Part shown: piece by piece, positions 1-10,026 of the stretch
Position numbering within the stretch: the stretch's first letter is position 1
Layout: each line of letters opens with the position of its first letter
Sequence record: SRR20825006_999
DNA length: 64,000 nt
Strand: one strand, 5' to 3'
Made by a program: the position numbers and the translations under genes
The notes under the pieces: generated by a model
What the model was told of the DNA's origin: nothing
What the model saw: the letters and a program-made list of their open reading frames with translations, nothing else
Databases searched by the model: none

Positions 1-58
1 TATAAAGTACTTTACACGATATAATTGAATTTACAGGAATAATTAACAAATATATAAA

Positions 59-598
59 ATGATTACAAGAGCAGAATCACTTTCGCTATTGAATAAATAT
101 ATACAAAATGAAAGTTTATTAAACCATTCTATAATGGTGGCAAAAGCTATTGAAGCTTATGCTATTAAACTAAGTAAAAACGAAAAAGAGATTGACCTAT
201 GGTGGACTACTGGGTTACTGCATGACCTTGACTGGGAAAAATATCCAGAAGAACATCCCAATAAAGCAATAAAGGAGATTTTACCAGAGTATAATCTTCC
301 AGATGAAATGCTTCAGGCTATTGCAGCTCATGCACCTGAGCGTACAGGTGAACAACCAGGTTCTGAATTAGATCGCTATTTATTTGCATGTGATGAGCTT
401 TCAGGATTCATACATGCTGTTTCTTTAATGCGACCAGAAGGCTACAAGGGAATGAGTGTAAAATCTGTCACAAAAAAACTAAAAACCATCAAATTTGCTG
501 AAAGCGTTCCTAGAGAGGATATTAAAAAAGGAGCCGAACTTATTCATACAGACTTAAATAATCATATAGGGTTTCTAATCAATGTGTTTAATGACTAA
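59..598 (+). CDS. HD-domain (HDIG-like) metal-dependent phosphohydrolase
   Basis: Motifs LLNHS, GLLHDLD, EEHP, AIAAH and ACDELSG. Confidence 0.85.
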   Translation: MITRAESLSLLNKYIQNESLLNHSIMVAKAIEAYAIKLSKNEKEIDLWWTTGLLHDLDWEKYPEEHPNKAIKEILPEYNLPDEMLQAIAAHAPERTGEQPGSELDRYLFACDELSGFIHAVSLMRPEGYKGMSVKSVTKKLKTIKFAESVPREDIKKGAELIHTDLNNHIGFLINVFND

Positions 599-740
599 TT
601 ACTCAACACATTAAAAAGCATTATCTTTGTTAAGAGACTATCTAATATCGCTTTGCTCGCTAAGTATTGATTAATAGTATTTTGAAAAAACATATTTAAT
701 TATTTAATTCGTTTAAATTTTAATTATTAGAGGTAATACT

Positions 741-1982
741 ATGAAGAACTTAGCTGTATTAGTTTTCAGTATATGTTTGTTTTCAGTAGCGCCGATAGCA
801 GCACAGAATGCTAAAACTGCTACTGATTACTCTAACCATATTCATAATGGCGTATCAAACAACCAATTTATTCATGATGAATATAGAGCAAATCAATTTG
901 TGCCATTTTCAAACTCTTTGAGATACAACAGAGTTGACGGGTTGTTCTTAGGTATAGGTTCAGATATAGCAGATGATGACTTTGGACCAATTCACATTGA
1001 AGGATTAACTATTAAAGGTCAACTTGGCTATTCAACAAACCTTAAACAATGGCAATACAGAGCAGGTGCATACAAGCAGCTAGGTAATGCTCTTAAGGTT
1101 GGGGCTCAAATAATTAACGTTTCTACTACAGATGATGGATGGAGAACTAATCAGATTGAAAACTCAGTTACTTCTTTGATTTCTGGGTACGATTACCACG
1201 ACTATTATAAAGCTGAGGGGTTTCAATTGGTTTCTGAACTCAATCTGGGAAGATATATTCAAGTTTCTGGAAGTTATAACGCCACATCATTTAGTTCATT
1301 GGTAAGTAACCAAGATTACTCTTTATTCAAAGGAGGGAACTTGGCGAGAATTAATCCAGCCATCGATAGCTCTACAGACAGTTTCTATCAGGATAATTTT
1401 GGTGCCAGTCTTACAATTAACAAAAGGCCTTCTTTCCTTAGAACATTTTCTACAAAGTTAGAACTTAAAACTGAATTGGCTGATATCGGCAAGCTTAAGA
1501 ATCCATTCAGCTATAATAAGTATCAAATCACCTCTACCAATTATCTAAAACTTGATAGGAGCACCGTTCTTAAAACAAGAACAATGGTCGGCTCAATAAC
1601 TGGATCGGCACCAGATTTTAAACAGTTTGCCTTAGGTGGTATTGGAACCATGCGAGCTAGTGGTTATAAATTTTACACTGGTAATAAGATGGTTTTAAAC
1701 AATACTGAGCTTATTTTTGGTAGGTTTAGTAGTCTAAGTATGAAGAATATAGAAACTGAAGGAGTTCATCTATCTATTTTCTTAGATTCTGGATGGACAA
1801 CCAACTATGCTTCAGCTGGAAAAGATCCTTTTTCTGGATTTGATACTTTCGCATTCAGCGAGTTATCGCACAATGTTGGTGCAGGTATTGGATTTGGAAT
1901 TCTAAGATTCGAATTAGCTACACCGATTGCTAATTCTCAAGGATATACATCTTTATGGGTTAGACTAAACCCTACTTTTTGA
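741..1982 (+). CDS. Outer-membrane beta-barrel protein, Omp85/BamA-TamA surface-antigen-like, no POTRA domains
   Basis: Signal peptide, YNRVDGLFLG start of barrel, FALGGIGTMR loop-6-like motif, FLDSG, amphipathic strands and C-terminal Phe. Confidence 0.65.
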   Translation: MKNLAVLVFSICLFSVAPIAAQNAKTATDYSNHIHNGVSNNQFIHDEYRANQFVPFSNSLRYNRVDGLFLGIGSDIADDDFGPIHIEGLTIKGQLGYSTNLKQWQYRAGAYKQLGNALKVGAQIINVSTTDDGWRTNQIENSVTSLISGYDYHDYYKAEGFQLVSELNLGRYIQVSGSYNATSFSSLVSNQDYSLFKGGNLARINPAIDSSTDSFYQDNFGASLTINKRPSFLRTFSTKLELKTELADIGKLKNPFSYNKYQITSTNYLKLDRSTVLKTRTMVGSITGSAPDFKQFALGGIGTMRASGYKFYTGNKMVLNNTELIFGRFSSLSMKNIETEGVHLSIFLDSGWTTNYASAGKDPFSGFDTFAFSELSHNVGAGIGFGILRFELATPIANSQGYTSLWVRLNPTF

Positions 1983-1999
1983 TTTTCATACTAAGCCAC

Positions 2000-2031
2000 A
2001 AGCCAGCTAATGAAACTAGCTGGCTTTTTTT
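2000..2031 (+). terminator. Rho-independent terminator
   Basis: AAGCCAGCTA-ATGAAAC-TAGCTGGCTT hairpin followed by a T-run, just after the 741..1982 stop. Confidence 0.85.
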
Positions 2032-2083
2032 ATATAAATAAACGAGACTCTAATTGTAAATAGAAACGGATAAAGCATTAAAA

Positions 2084-2091
2084 TATATTTG
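2084..2091 (+). promoter_or_regulatory. Putative Bacteroidota-type -7 promoter element (TAnnTTTG)
   Basis: TATATTTG about 45 nt upstream of the helicase ATG. Confidence 0.45.
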
Positions 2092-2135
2092 CACACATTA
2101 TTTTTACATATACTTTATGTTTGTTACTTTGGTGC

Positions 2136-4154
2136 ATGAAAAAATTCACTTTGGCCAAAGAACCGTTATTAGTTAGACCCGAGGATTTCAGTATTCCTTA
2201 CGGAGAATTACTCAATCCTCAGCAATATAAGGCTGTATTTCATCAAGATGGACCTGCCTTAGTTATTGCTGGAGCAGGAACGGGTAAAACCCGAACGCTT
2301 ATACATAGAGTGGCTAGATTAATCGAAAGCGGGGTAGATCCAACTCAAATTCTCCTTTTAACTTTTACTCGGCGAGCTGCAACTGAGATGTTAGAGAGAG
2401 CTAGCAAAGTATTGGATGATAGGTGTAAACAAGTAAAAGGAGGGACTTTTCACTTTTATTGTAGCCAAATATTACACCGATATGCCGAATATATTGGCTT
2501 TCCAAACAATTTCACCATAATTGACACTGCTGATGCCCTGGAAGTAATTCAATTCGTGAGAACAGGGTTTAAGCTTGGTAGAAAAATTAGATTTCCTAAC
2601 AAGAACACTCTTTTATCAATGATTAGTACCTCAATCAATAAAGATATTGATCTTAGTGTAGTTGTTATGGAGCAGTTCCCACAGTTTGCCGAAATTGTAG
2701 AAGCGATTGAAAAAATTGCCGAAGATTATGCTGACTATAAAGAGAAAAATTTTGTTATGGATTTTGATGACTTGCTTATAAAAACAAAGCAACTCCTTGA
2801 ACAGCATAAAGATATAAGTACTATAGTTTCCAATCAGCATAAATTTATAATGGTTGATGAGTATCAAGACACCAATAAATTGCAAGCCGAGCTTATCGAG
2901 CTTTTTTCTAAAGTACATCGAAATGTAATGGCCGTAGGTGATGATGCTCAGAGTATTTACTCCTTTAGGGGAGCTGATCATCAAAATATAATGGATTTCC
3001 CAAAGAGGTTTGAGAATACAGTTTTGATAAAGCTTGAAGAAAATTATCGATCCACTCCGCAAATCCTAGATGTTGCTAATGGTGTTTTAGGTCAGGCTAA
3101 CTTTAAGTTTAATAAGGAGCTTTATACTAGCAGAGAGGATGGGGAGTTAGTGGCACTGGTACAAGCACAAAGTGAACATGATCAAAGTAGGTTTATCTCT
3201 CAGGTTGTACTTAACCAAAGAGAGGAAGGAGTGGCGTTAAATGATCTAGCTGTATTATTTAGAAGTGGAAGAGATTCATATGACCTTGAGATCGAGTTGA
3301 AACGGAAAAATATACCATTCGTGAAATATGGGGGACAAAAATTCACAGAGGCCGCTCATGTAAAAGATGTATTGGCTCATATAAGAGTACTAGTTAATCC
3401 TATGGATATAATTGCTTGGAATAGGGTGCTTATGCTAATAGAAGGCGTTGGACCAAAAACTGCACAGGATATGTTTGAATGGATTAAGCTTTCTAAGAAT
3501 CCTTACCAGCTTGACTTAACAGATACAGTAAATAAAGCATATGTTTCGCAAATGAAAGAGTTGAGTATGCTTTTAGTTGAATTGAAAGAAGAAGTCTCAA
3601 CAGTTTCTCAAATTGTTTCGAAAGTAGTAGAATATTATCGAGTATTTTGTCAAAAAAGATATGATGATTATCCAAAGCGTATCAAAGACTTAGAAGCTTT
3701 TATTAACATTTCAGCGAACTTTTCTACTCTAGAAAAGATGTTAGAAGAACTAGCGCTAGATCCAATTACTGCAACAGTTGTGGATACAGAGTCTAAATTA
3801 AAAGATGAAGCCCCTATAGTGTTGAGTACTATACATTCTGCTAAAGGATTAGAATGGGATCAAGTCTTCCTTATTCAATGTCTAGATGGAATTATTCCTT
3901 CCGCATATTCTGTAGATGACATTGATAAAATTGATGAAGAGTTAAGGCTTTTTTATGTAGCCACAACAAGAGCCAAAAACATGTTATACTACTGTTATCC
4001 TACAATAGCTCAATCTTCGTACGGAGATTATTTTACCCAACCAAGTAGGTTTATTTCAGAAATTGAAAACAATATTTTAGAAGGGTGGGTGCTCGAAGAG
4101 GAACGCACATTATCACTTTCTGAAGAAAATATAGGTAAAGAACTAGGTGCGTAA
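2136..4154 (+). CDS. UvrD/PcrA/Rep family ATP-dependent DNA helicase
   Basis: AGAGTGKT Walker A, VDEYQD, VGDDAQSIYSFRGA, LEENYRS, STIHSAKGLE, RLFYVATTRA. ATG at 2136 preferred over TTG at 2121. Confidence 0.95.
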   Translation: MKKFTLAKEPLLVRPEDFSIPYGELLNPQQYKAVFHQDGPALVIAGAGTGKTRTLIHRVARLIESGVDPTQILLLTFTRRAATEMLERASKVLDDRCKQVKGGTFHFYCSQILHRYAEYIGFPNNFTIIDTADALEVIQFVRTGFKLGRKIRFPNKNTLLSMISTSINKDIDLSVVVMEQFPQFAEIVEAIEKIAEDYADYKEKNFVMDFDDLLIKTKQLLEQHKDISTIVSNQHKFIMVDEYQDTNKLQAELIELFSKVHRNVMAVGDDAQSIYSFRGADHQNIMDFPKRFENTVLIKLEENYRSTPQILDVANGVLGQANFKFNKELYTSREDGELVALVQAQSEHDQSRFISQVVLNQREEGVALNDLAVLFRSGRDSYDLEIELKRKNIPFVKYGGQKFTEAAHVKDVLAHIRVLVNPMDIIAWNRVLMLIEGVGPKTAQDMFEWIKLSKNPYQLDLTDTVNKAYVSQMKELSMLLVELKEEVSTVSQIVSKVVEYYRVFCQKRYDDYPKRIKDLEAFINISANFSTLEKMLEELALDPITATVVDTESKLKDEAPIVLSTIHSAKGLEWDQVFLIQCLDGIIPSAYSVDDIDKIDEELRLFYVATTRAKNMLYYCYPTIAQSSYGDYFTQPSRFISEIENNILEGWVLEEERTLSLSEENIGKELGA

Positions 4155-4400
4155 GTTATTTTTATTGTTCTTTAAAAATTTACGTTGCTCATTCATAACA
4201 AATATCATCCAGCAAATAGGGTAGGGTGGAAAAACCATTGAAACTACAATTTGCCATGTGGAACCTCTTGGTTTTCCACCATCTACAGGAAGTGTAATGC
4301 CCGCTATTCCGGCTATCCAGCATATAAAAAGAAGGAAGATAATTAAAGAAAAAAGAAGAGCTCCTACGAACCCCATATTTAAATAAAAGCTTTGAAGCAT
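4143..4400 (-). CDS. Small hypothetical membrane protein (2 TM)
   Basis: 85-aa ORF filling the gap, with two hydrophobic segments. Confidence 0.6.
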   Translation of the reverse strand: MLQSFYLNMGFVGALLFSLIIFLLFICWIAGIAGITLPVDGGKPRGSTWQIVVSMVFPPYPICWMIFVMNEQRKFLKNNKNNLRT

Positions 4401-4469
4401 AGCTGATAATAAGTGATAATAATTCCGTATTTTACTTTCTTATAGAAATCTAAGAATACAATTTATAAA

Positions 4470-5780
4470 ATGCTTCCGGTAGTTTCCATAGTTGGTAGGC
4501 CTAATGTAGGTAAATCCACAATATTTAATCGCCTTATCGGCAAAAGAAAAGCCATTGTTCATGATGAATATGGAGTAACTAGAGATCGTCATTATGGTCA
4601 GTCTTATTGGAATGGCGTGGATTTTAATGTTATTGATACAGGGGGCTATCTCCCTGATGATATGGATGTTATGGTTGTTGGTATTCGAGAGCAAGTTCAT
4701 ATTGCGTTAGAAGAGTCTGATGTAGTTTTGTTTGTTGTGGATACCGAGCTGGGTATTAATACTTTAGATAAATCTGTAGCAAAGCTTTTGCGTGAGCAGA
4801 AAAAACCTGTTTTACTTGTCGCTAATAAAGCTGATAATGAAATGAGAAGACTTGATGCTAATGAGTTTTACGAACTAGGATTCGATGAAATATTTCCTAT
4901 TTCAGGAATTAGTGGAACAGGAACTGGTGAGTTATTAGACAGAGTAGTTGAACTCTTTCCGGCATCAAAACCTGAAGCAGAAGAAGATGGATTTCCTAAA
5001 ATTGCATTTATTGGAAGACCAAATGTTGGAAAAAGCAGTCTTGTTAATGCTCTTTTGAATGATGAAAGATCTATAGTTACTGAAATTGCTGGTACCACTC
5101 GTGATGCAATCAACAGTAAATTTAACTATAACGGAAAAGACTATACTCTTGTTGATACTGCTGGTCTTAGAAAAAGAGCCAAGGTTAAAGAGAATATTGA
5201 GTTCTACAGTACGGTTAGAACTGCGCGTGCCATCCAAGAATGCGATGTTGCAGTGCTGATGTTAGATGCAATGCGTGGATTTGAAGATCAAGATAAGCGT
5301 GTTCTTAGAGAAGCTGAGAAGTTTAATAAAGCACTTATAATTTTGTTAAATAAGTGGGACTTAGTTACCGAGAAAGAAACCAATACGGTTAAACAGTTTG
5401 AGGAATACATTCATGAAGCTGTACCAATGCTTGATTACGTGCCCGTCTTAACAATTTCTGCACTTAATAAGCAAAGAGTTAATAAAGTAATGGATTTAGC
5501 TGAGCAAGTAATTCAAGAGCGCAAAAAAGAAATCTCAACTTCGGATTTTAATAATTTTTTAGAAGGAATACTAAATGCACGACCTTTACCAATGAAACGA
5601 GGTCGCCATCTTAAAATTCAATATGCAACTCAAGTAAAGAGTAATCCACCCGTTTTTAAGTTCTTTATGAACAGCCCTGAAGACTTGCCAGCAAATTATC
5701 GTCGTTATATTGAAAACAAAATTAGAGAACACTATGGCTTTGTTGGGGTTCCAATAACCATGGTTTTTAGACAGAAATAA
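4470..5780 (+). CDS. der: Ribosome biogenesis GTPase Der (EngA)
   Basis: Two GRPNVGKS G-domains, DTGG/DTAG, NKAD/NKWD and a KH-like C-terminus. Confidence 0.98.
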   Translation: MLPVVSIVGRPNVGKSTIFNRLIGKRKAIVHDEYGVTRDRHYGQSYWNGVDFNVIDTGGYLPDDMDVMVVGIREQVHIALEESDVVLFVVDTELGINTLDKSVAKLLREQKKPVLLVANKADNEMRRLDANEFYELGFDEIFPISGISGTGTGELLDRVVELFPASKPEAEEDGFPKIAFIGRPNVGKSSLVNALLNDERSIVTEIAGTTRDAINSKFNYNGKDYTLVDTAGLRKRAKVKENIEFYSTVRTARAIQECDVAVLMLDAMRGFEDQDKRVLREAEKFNKALIILLNKWDLVTEKETNTVKQFEEYIHEAVPMLDYVPVLTISALNKQRVNKVMDLAEQVIQERKKEISTSDFNNFLEGILNARPLPMKRGRHLKIQYATQVKSNPPVFKFFMNSPEDLPANYRRYIENKIREHYGFVGVPITMVFRQK

Positions 5781-5897
5781 GTTTATAAATTACTTTATTG
5801 AAAGTTCAGCATAACTTAATTTCATACCTAGATAAGAAGCGTCTCGCTAAAAAGCCTCACGCAATTAATTCAAATATTAAGCATTAAAAGTATTAAA

Positions 5898-6407
5898 GTG
5901 ATTACAAACGAGCAGATTTCAAGTCTAGTAAATGACGTTGCATATCTTGAGCACGAAGCTGAAGCTTTAAAGTATGTTATTGATACAGTTCCGTACATGG
6001 AAAAGCCTGCTAAAGACAGTAGTTCAATAGTAGAAACCTTGTTCTTTTTGGATCATGCTCAGCAGGAATACTACCGTAAAGTAGTAGAAAGTACTCTATT
6101 TAGTAATAGGCCTATTAATCTGAACGCTTATTTAGAGCCTTTAGAAACGTTTGAGATGGATAATGACAAGGCGAAAGATGTGCAAAAGGTTCTACATAAG
6201 ATAGCTAAACACCGTGCAGCAATTATTATGATGATTGAAAACCGTCCAATTGTAGATTGGGAAAGAACTATAGCGAAGGGTAGAGACTCTATTACTTTAT
6301 TCTCTTTTGTTCAATCAATGGTGCGAAAAGAACGGGTTATTCTTAAAGAAATCGCAGATCTTATTCTTTCTTTTCAGAATAAAAAATTCGAAAAGGAAGG
6401 TAATTAA
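5898..6407 (+). CDS. Hypothetical helical protein, possibly DinB-like fold
   Basis: 169-aa GTG-start ORF; SIVETLFFLDH and DWER patterns loosely resemble DinB_2. Confidence 0.45.
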   Translation: MITNEQISSLVNDVAYLEHEAEALKYVIDTVPYMEKPAKDSSSIVETLFFLDHAQQEYYRKVVESTLFSNRPINLNAYLEPLETFEMDNDKAKDVQKVLHKIAKHRAAIIMMIENRPIVDWERTIAKGRDSITLFSFVQSMVRKERVILKEIADLILSFQNKKFEKEGN

Positions 6408-6427
6408 CCGGGGTTTAAATTACTATA

Positions 6428-7006
6428 ATGCTAATTGATCAGTGGCTAGGTTTATACCTATCAATAATTACTCTTTATAGCCTATATATATTAATTCCGG
6501 CTGCTTTTAGATTTAAATCTCTTATGCTAAGCTTGTTTTCAATTTCAGCGCTTTCATTTTTTGTGAGCTCTATAATTGTAATATTCGAATTAGAAGGGAG
6601 GGAGTGGGCAAATCTTAGTTCAATAATATTTACTCTTTGTGGCCTTTTTGCTTTTATAAGAGACTCAAAGCCAATCTTTGCGCGCTTTCCAACGTACTTT
6701 AGTTTTCTCCCTTTAATAAGTTTTGTCTTCTATCCCATCATAATGAACTCTCAAGTGATAGAAAACCTTGTGATAGCCACATATCAGGGCGGAGCAATTA
6801 TAGTTGGCTTACTGATAGCATCATTACATCAAATTAAAAATAAATCGCGGTTTCTTTTATTTATTGGGATGGTATTGTTTTTGATTTCTTACCTGGTGTT
6901 TTGGTTTATTAATGGATATGAATCAATTTCTAGGCTAATGGTAGGTGTTTCTATTATTATAACCAGCTTAGGATTAATTCAAACTTTCAATAAGAATTTT
7001 AAATAG
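6428..7006 (+). CDS. Hypothetical integral membrane protein (about 7 TM)
   Basis: Almost entirely hydrophobic 192-aa ORF. Confidence 0.65.
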   Translation: MLIDQWLGLYLSIITLYSLYILIPAAFRFKSLMLSLFSISALSFFVSSIIVIFELEGREWANLSSIIFTLCGLFAFIRDSKPIFARFPTYFSFLPLISFVFYPIIMNSQVIENLVIATYQGGAIIVGLLIASLHQIKNKSRFLLFIGMVLFLISYLVFWFINGYESISRLMVGVSIIITSLGLIQTFNKNFK

Positions 7007-7010
7007 TACT

Positions 7011-7496
7011 ATGGAAAAAGAACAACTTAAAAAGGCGCCTAATTTTACACTAAAAAATACATTAGGTGAAAACGTAAGTTTGGATGGTTACAAGGGAAAT
7101 AAGAACGTTTTACTTCTTTTTTTCCCTTTAGCATTTACAAGTACCTGTACCAAAGAACTCTGTAGTGTAAGAGATAATCTTAAGATTTACGAGAGTCTAA
7201 ATGTTGAGGTAATAGGAATCAGTGTTGACTCATTCTTTGTTCTTAAAGAATATAAGCATGCTCAGAATCTAAACTTTCAATTATTAAGTGATTTCAATAA
7301 ATCAACAGCGTTGGGATATGAAGTTTTATACAAAGATTTTTTTGGTATGAAGGGTGTAGCAAAACGTTCGACTTTTTTAATCGACAAAGAAGGGCTTATT
7401 CGATACTCAGAGGTATTAGATGACGCAAATGACCTGCCAAATTTTAACGCATTACAAGATCATATTATAGAGCTGAATTTAAACAACTTTACATAA
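7011..7496 (+). CDS. Peroxiredoxin, AhpC/TSA family (AhpE/BCP-like)
   Basis: APNFTL, FFPLAFTSTCTKELC peroxidatic motif, GISVDS, LLSDFN and RSTFLID. Confidence 0.92.
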   Translation: MEKEQLKKAPNFTLKNTLGENVSLDGYKGNKNVLLLFFPLAFTSTCTKELCSVRDNLKIYESLNVEVIGISVDSFFVLKEYKHAQNLNFQLLSDFNKSTALGYEVLYKDFFGMKGVAKRSTFLIDKEGLIRYSEVLDDANDLPNFNALQDHIIELNLNNFT

Positions 7497-7613
7497 TATA
7501 TATTATACGACATTTATAATACACATCACCAAAACAAGGTGTTAGATATTAGTTCCATAATAAATGTGAAACCACCTTCAATTATCACTATCTTATAGGT
7601 AAAAGCCTAGTAT

Positions 7614-7973
7614 ATGAACATCCTTATTGTCGAAGACGACAAAGTATTATCCTTATTATTATCCAAAATGGTTGAAAGACTATCTCAAGTAGTTGTTGGC
7701 ACTGCTACTAAGGGAGAAACTGCGATTGCTCTAGCTAAGGAATTGAAGCCAGATCTTATTCTTATGGATATTATGCTAGAAGATAATATTGATGGTATTG
7801 AGGCAATTTTAGAGCTTCGCAAGCTTAATTATGATTATCCAGTGATATTTATAACTGGTAATTCTGATAATTACAACAAAACTAGAGCCGAAGCCACTAA
7901 TTACGTTGATTACTTAATTAAGCCAATTAACTTTGAGGAATTAAAATCCTCTTTTGATAAAGTAAAAATATAA
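7614..7973 (+). CDS. Single-domain response regulator (REC)
   Basis: ILIVEDD, LMDIML, IFITG and YLIKP. Confidence 0.92.
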   Translation: MNILIVEDDKVLSLLLSKMVERLSQVVVGTATKGETAIALAKELKPDLILMDIMLEDNIDGIEAILELRKLNYDYPVIFITGNSDNYNKTRAEATNYVDYLIKPINFEELKSSFDKVKI

Positions 7974-8004
7974 AGCAAGTTTTTCTGCATAACTTGCTTT
8001 ATAT
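7968..8004. terminator. Inverted repeat between convergent genes, probable terminator
   Basis: 14-bp perfect inverted repeat ATATAAAGCAAGTT / AACTTGCTTTATAT. Confidence 0.6.
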
Positions 8005-8025
8005 CTTATATGCTAATAGTGATAC

Positions 8026-8709
8026 TTAGCTATTACTTTTATTGATCTTGAATGAGATAGGTACTGTATATCTTACTGAAACAGGAACCCCTCTCTGGTA
8101 ACCTGGTCTAAATTTTGAAGCTTGTAATGCTCTTATAGCTTCTTCATCACATCCGCCACCAATTCCTCTCACTATTACTGGGTTTAGAATTGAACCTTGT
8201 TTGTCTATAACAAATTGAATTATAACTCGCCCTTCAATACCAGCTTTTAGAGCTAGCTCAGGATATATTATTTTCTTTTGAACACCTTGAATTCCTCCTA
8301 TTAGAACTGGGGGCTGTTCAACTACTACAAATATTTCTTCTTCTTCATCCTCTTTAGCATCATATTGAGGTGGTGCAGGTGGTAATTCTACCAACTCAGC
8401 CATATTTAATTCAGCATCGATATTTATAATTTCGTCCTCAATTACTTCATCATTTGGGACTTCTACAGGCACTACTGGTCTTGGTGGTGGTGGCGCCTTA
8501 ATTTCTTGTTTAGTCTGTACTACATCTTCTATTGCTACAACTTCTTGCGTTGAAACCATGTATACATCTTTAGTATCATTAGACTTAATATCTAATTTGA
8601 ATACAAAAAGAACGATTAATAGTGATGCAATAACTCCAAGTTCAAGACGAATTAGATAATCTTTATGATTATCGTTTGGGCGATCGATAATTTTTACTGG
8701 CTTTCTCAT
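8026..8709 (-). CDS. tonB: Energy transducer TonB
   Basis: N-terminal TM, Pro-rich linker, YPELALKAGIEGRV TonB_C domain. A GGAGG site precedes the ATG at 8709. Confidence 0.9.
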   Translation of the reverse strand: MRKPVKIIDRPNDNHKDYLIRLELGVIASLLIVLFVFKLDIKSNDTKDVYMVSTQEVVAIEDVVQTKQEIKAPPPPRPVVPVEVPNDEVIEDEIINIDAELNMAELVELPPAPPQYDAKEDEEEEIFVVVEQPPVLIGGIQGVQKKIIYPELALKAGIEGRVIIQFVIDKQGSILNPVIVRGIGGGCDEEAIRALQASKFRPGYQRGVPVSVRYTVPISFKINKSNS

Positions 8710-8777
8710 TTTAACCTCCATCATTATTTATTGATACAATACTATATCCAATAAAAATGAAGATTATATGAACATAT

Positions 8778-9659
8778 TTAAGCTACGATGGCCCGTATTT
8801 GTCTATCTAGCAAGGTTAATTCAACTTTTGTACCAATATGTATCAACTCCCCATCGCTGTGAGCTGTAGGAATACTTGGAAATGAAAGTTGTGCTTTTTG
8901 AACAGAAATGGATTTGTAATAGGTTGAATTAAGTTCTTTACCAAAACTAAGTTGGATAAATGCTAACCCTAATTTAATACGATTAAATGCAGGGAAAATA
9001 ACAAGCTCTACCCTTCCATCTGTGTTAATAGAATTTGGTGAAACTCTAAATTTACCACCTTCAATAGAGCCATTTGCTATAACTAGCATCCAGATATTTT
9101 CACTAAAGCCTATGTCTAGTGCTTGAATTGAAACAGAAAAAGGTTTTGCTACAAAAAAAGCTTTAATTCCTGCAATTGTATACCTTAACCCACCGGTAAT
9201 ACCTTTCATTTTCTGAGCATAACTATTTGTTAGCCCATCAAATCCGATTCCAACAGTGTTCAGAAATAACATATCATTTACAGATGGGAAATCAATTTCA
9301 GAAGTTTTACAGCGCTGTAGAATATTTAGATAGTAGTAAATATCTTTTCCACACTTTATCCCAATACTTTTAGCAAAATCATTGCCGCTACCTAAAGGTA
9401 TTACACCCAATATTTTACCTGCATGAAATACTTGCTTTGCAACTGATTGAATGGTGCCATCACCACCACAAGCCACTATAATATCAAATGAGTTTACTGC
9501 TTGCTCAATGATTTCATCCATTTCTGACAAGTGTTGAATGTAAAAGAAACTAGAGCTGTCAAACACAGTGTTAATAGCGGTTTCAGATTCACGTATAAAC
9601 GAACCCGCTCTAGAGGAGTTTGAAAACTCATTGATAACAAAACATATAGTTTCTTTCAA
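8778..9659 (-). CDS. Diacylglycerol/lipid kinase family protein (YegS/DAGK)
   Basis: ACGGDGT, IPLGSGNDFA, GIGFDG and DGE motifs. Confidence 0.92.
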   Translation of the reverse strand: MKETICFVINEFSNSSRAGSFIRESETAINTVFDSSSFFYIQHLSEMDEIIEQAVNSFDIIVACGGDGTIQSVAKQVFHAGKILGVIPLGSGNDFAKSIGIKCGKDIYYYLNILQRCKTSEIDFPSVNDMLFLNTVGIGFDGLTNSYAQKMKGITGGLRYTIAGIKAFFVAKPFSVSIQALDIGFSENIWMLVIANGSIEGGKFRVSPNSINTDGRVELVIFPAFNRIKLGLAFIQLSFGKELNSTYYKSISVQKAQLSFPSIPTAHSDGELIHIGTKVELTLLDRQIRAIVA

Positions 9660-9664
9660 ACTGA

Positions 9665-10012
9665 CTAATCGTAGTGCTTAATTGAAATCATAAATTTCCC
9701 TTTCTTATCTCTTGGTAATTGAATTTTTTCAATTATAGCATCTAAGCTTAAGCTACCGTATATAAGTGGATAAGAAACGGAAGCCACCTTTTCGTGTTTA
9801 ATGGGAACTTGAATCCTAAGAGGGTCAATTACAATAAGTAAAAGATCTTCTATAGATTCAAACTGGCTATTCGCATACGATTCAAGTTCTTTGTCAGGAA
9901 TACATCTAATAAATCCCTCTGTAGTAAGTGTTTCTGGGCTGTATTTTCCTGTACTAGTGTATGTTTTCCAGGAGCGTTTTGTAATTATGGTAAAAAGTAA
10001 ATCGTAATCCAA
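9665..10012 (-). CDS. DUF952-like protein
   Basis: EGFIRC, LLVIDP and YPLIYG match the DUF952 pattern EGFIH.S ... FPHIYG with the His residues substituted. Confidence 0.7.
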   Translation of the reverse strand: MDYDLLFTIITKRSWKTYTSTGKYSPETLTTEGFIRCIPDKELESYANSQFESIEDLLLIVIDPLRIQVPIKHEKVASVSYPLIYGSLSLDAIIEKIQLPRDKKGKFMISIKHYD

Positions 10013-10026
10013 TTATTCAGAAATAT

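Noticed and set aside
59-4154. HD nuclease plus helicase as a split Cas3 or defence system
   Set aside because: The helicase is SF1 UvrD-type rather than SF2 Cas3, the genes are separated by an OMP gene and a terminator, and there are no cas genes or array.
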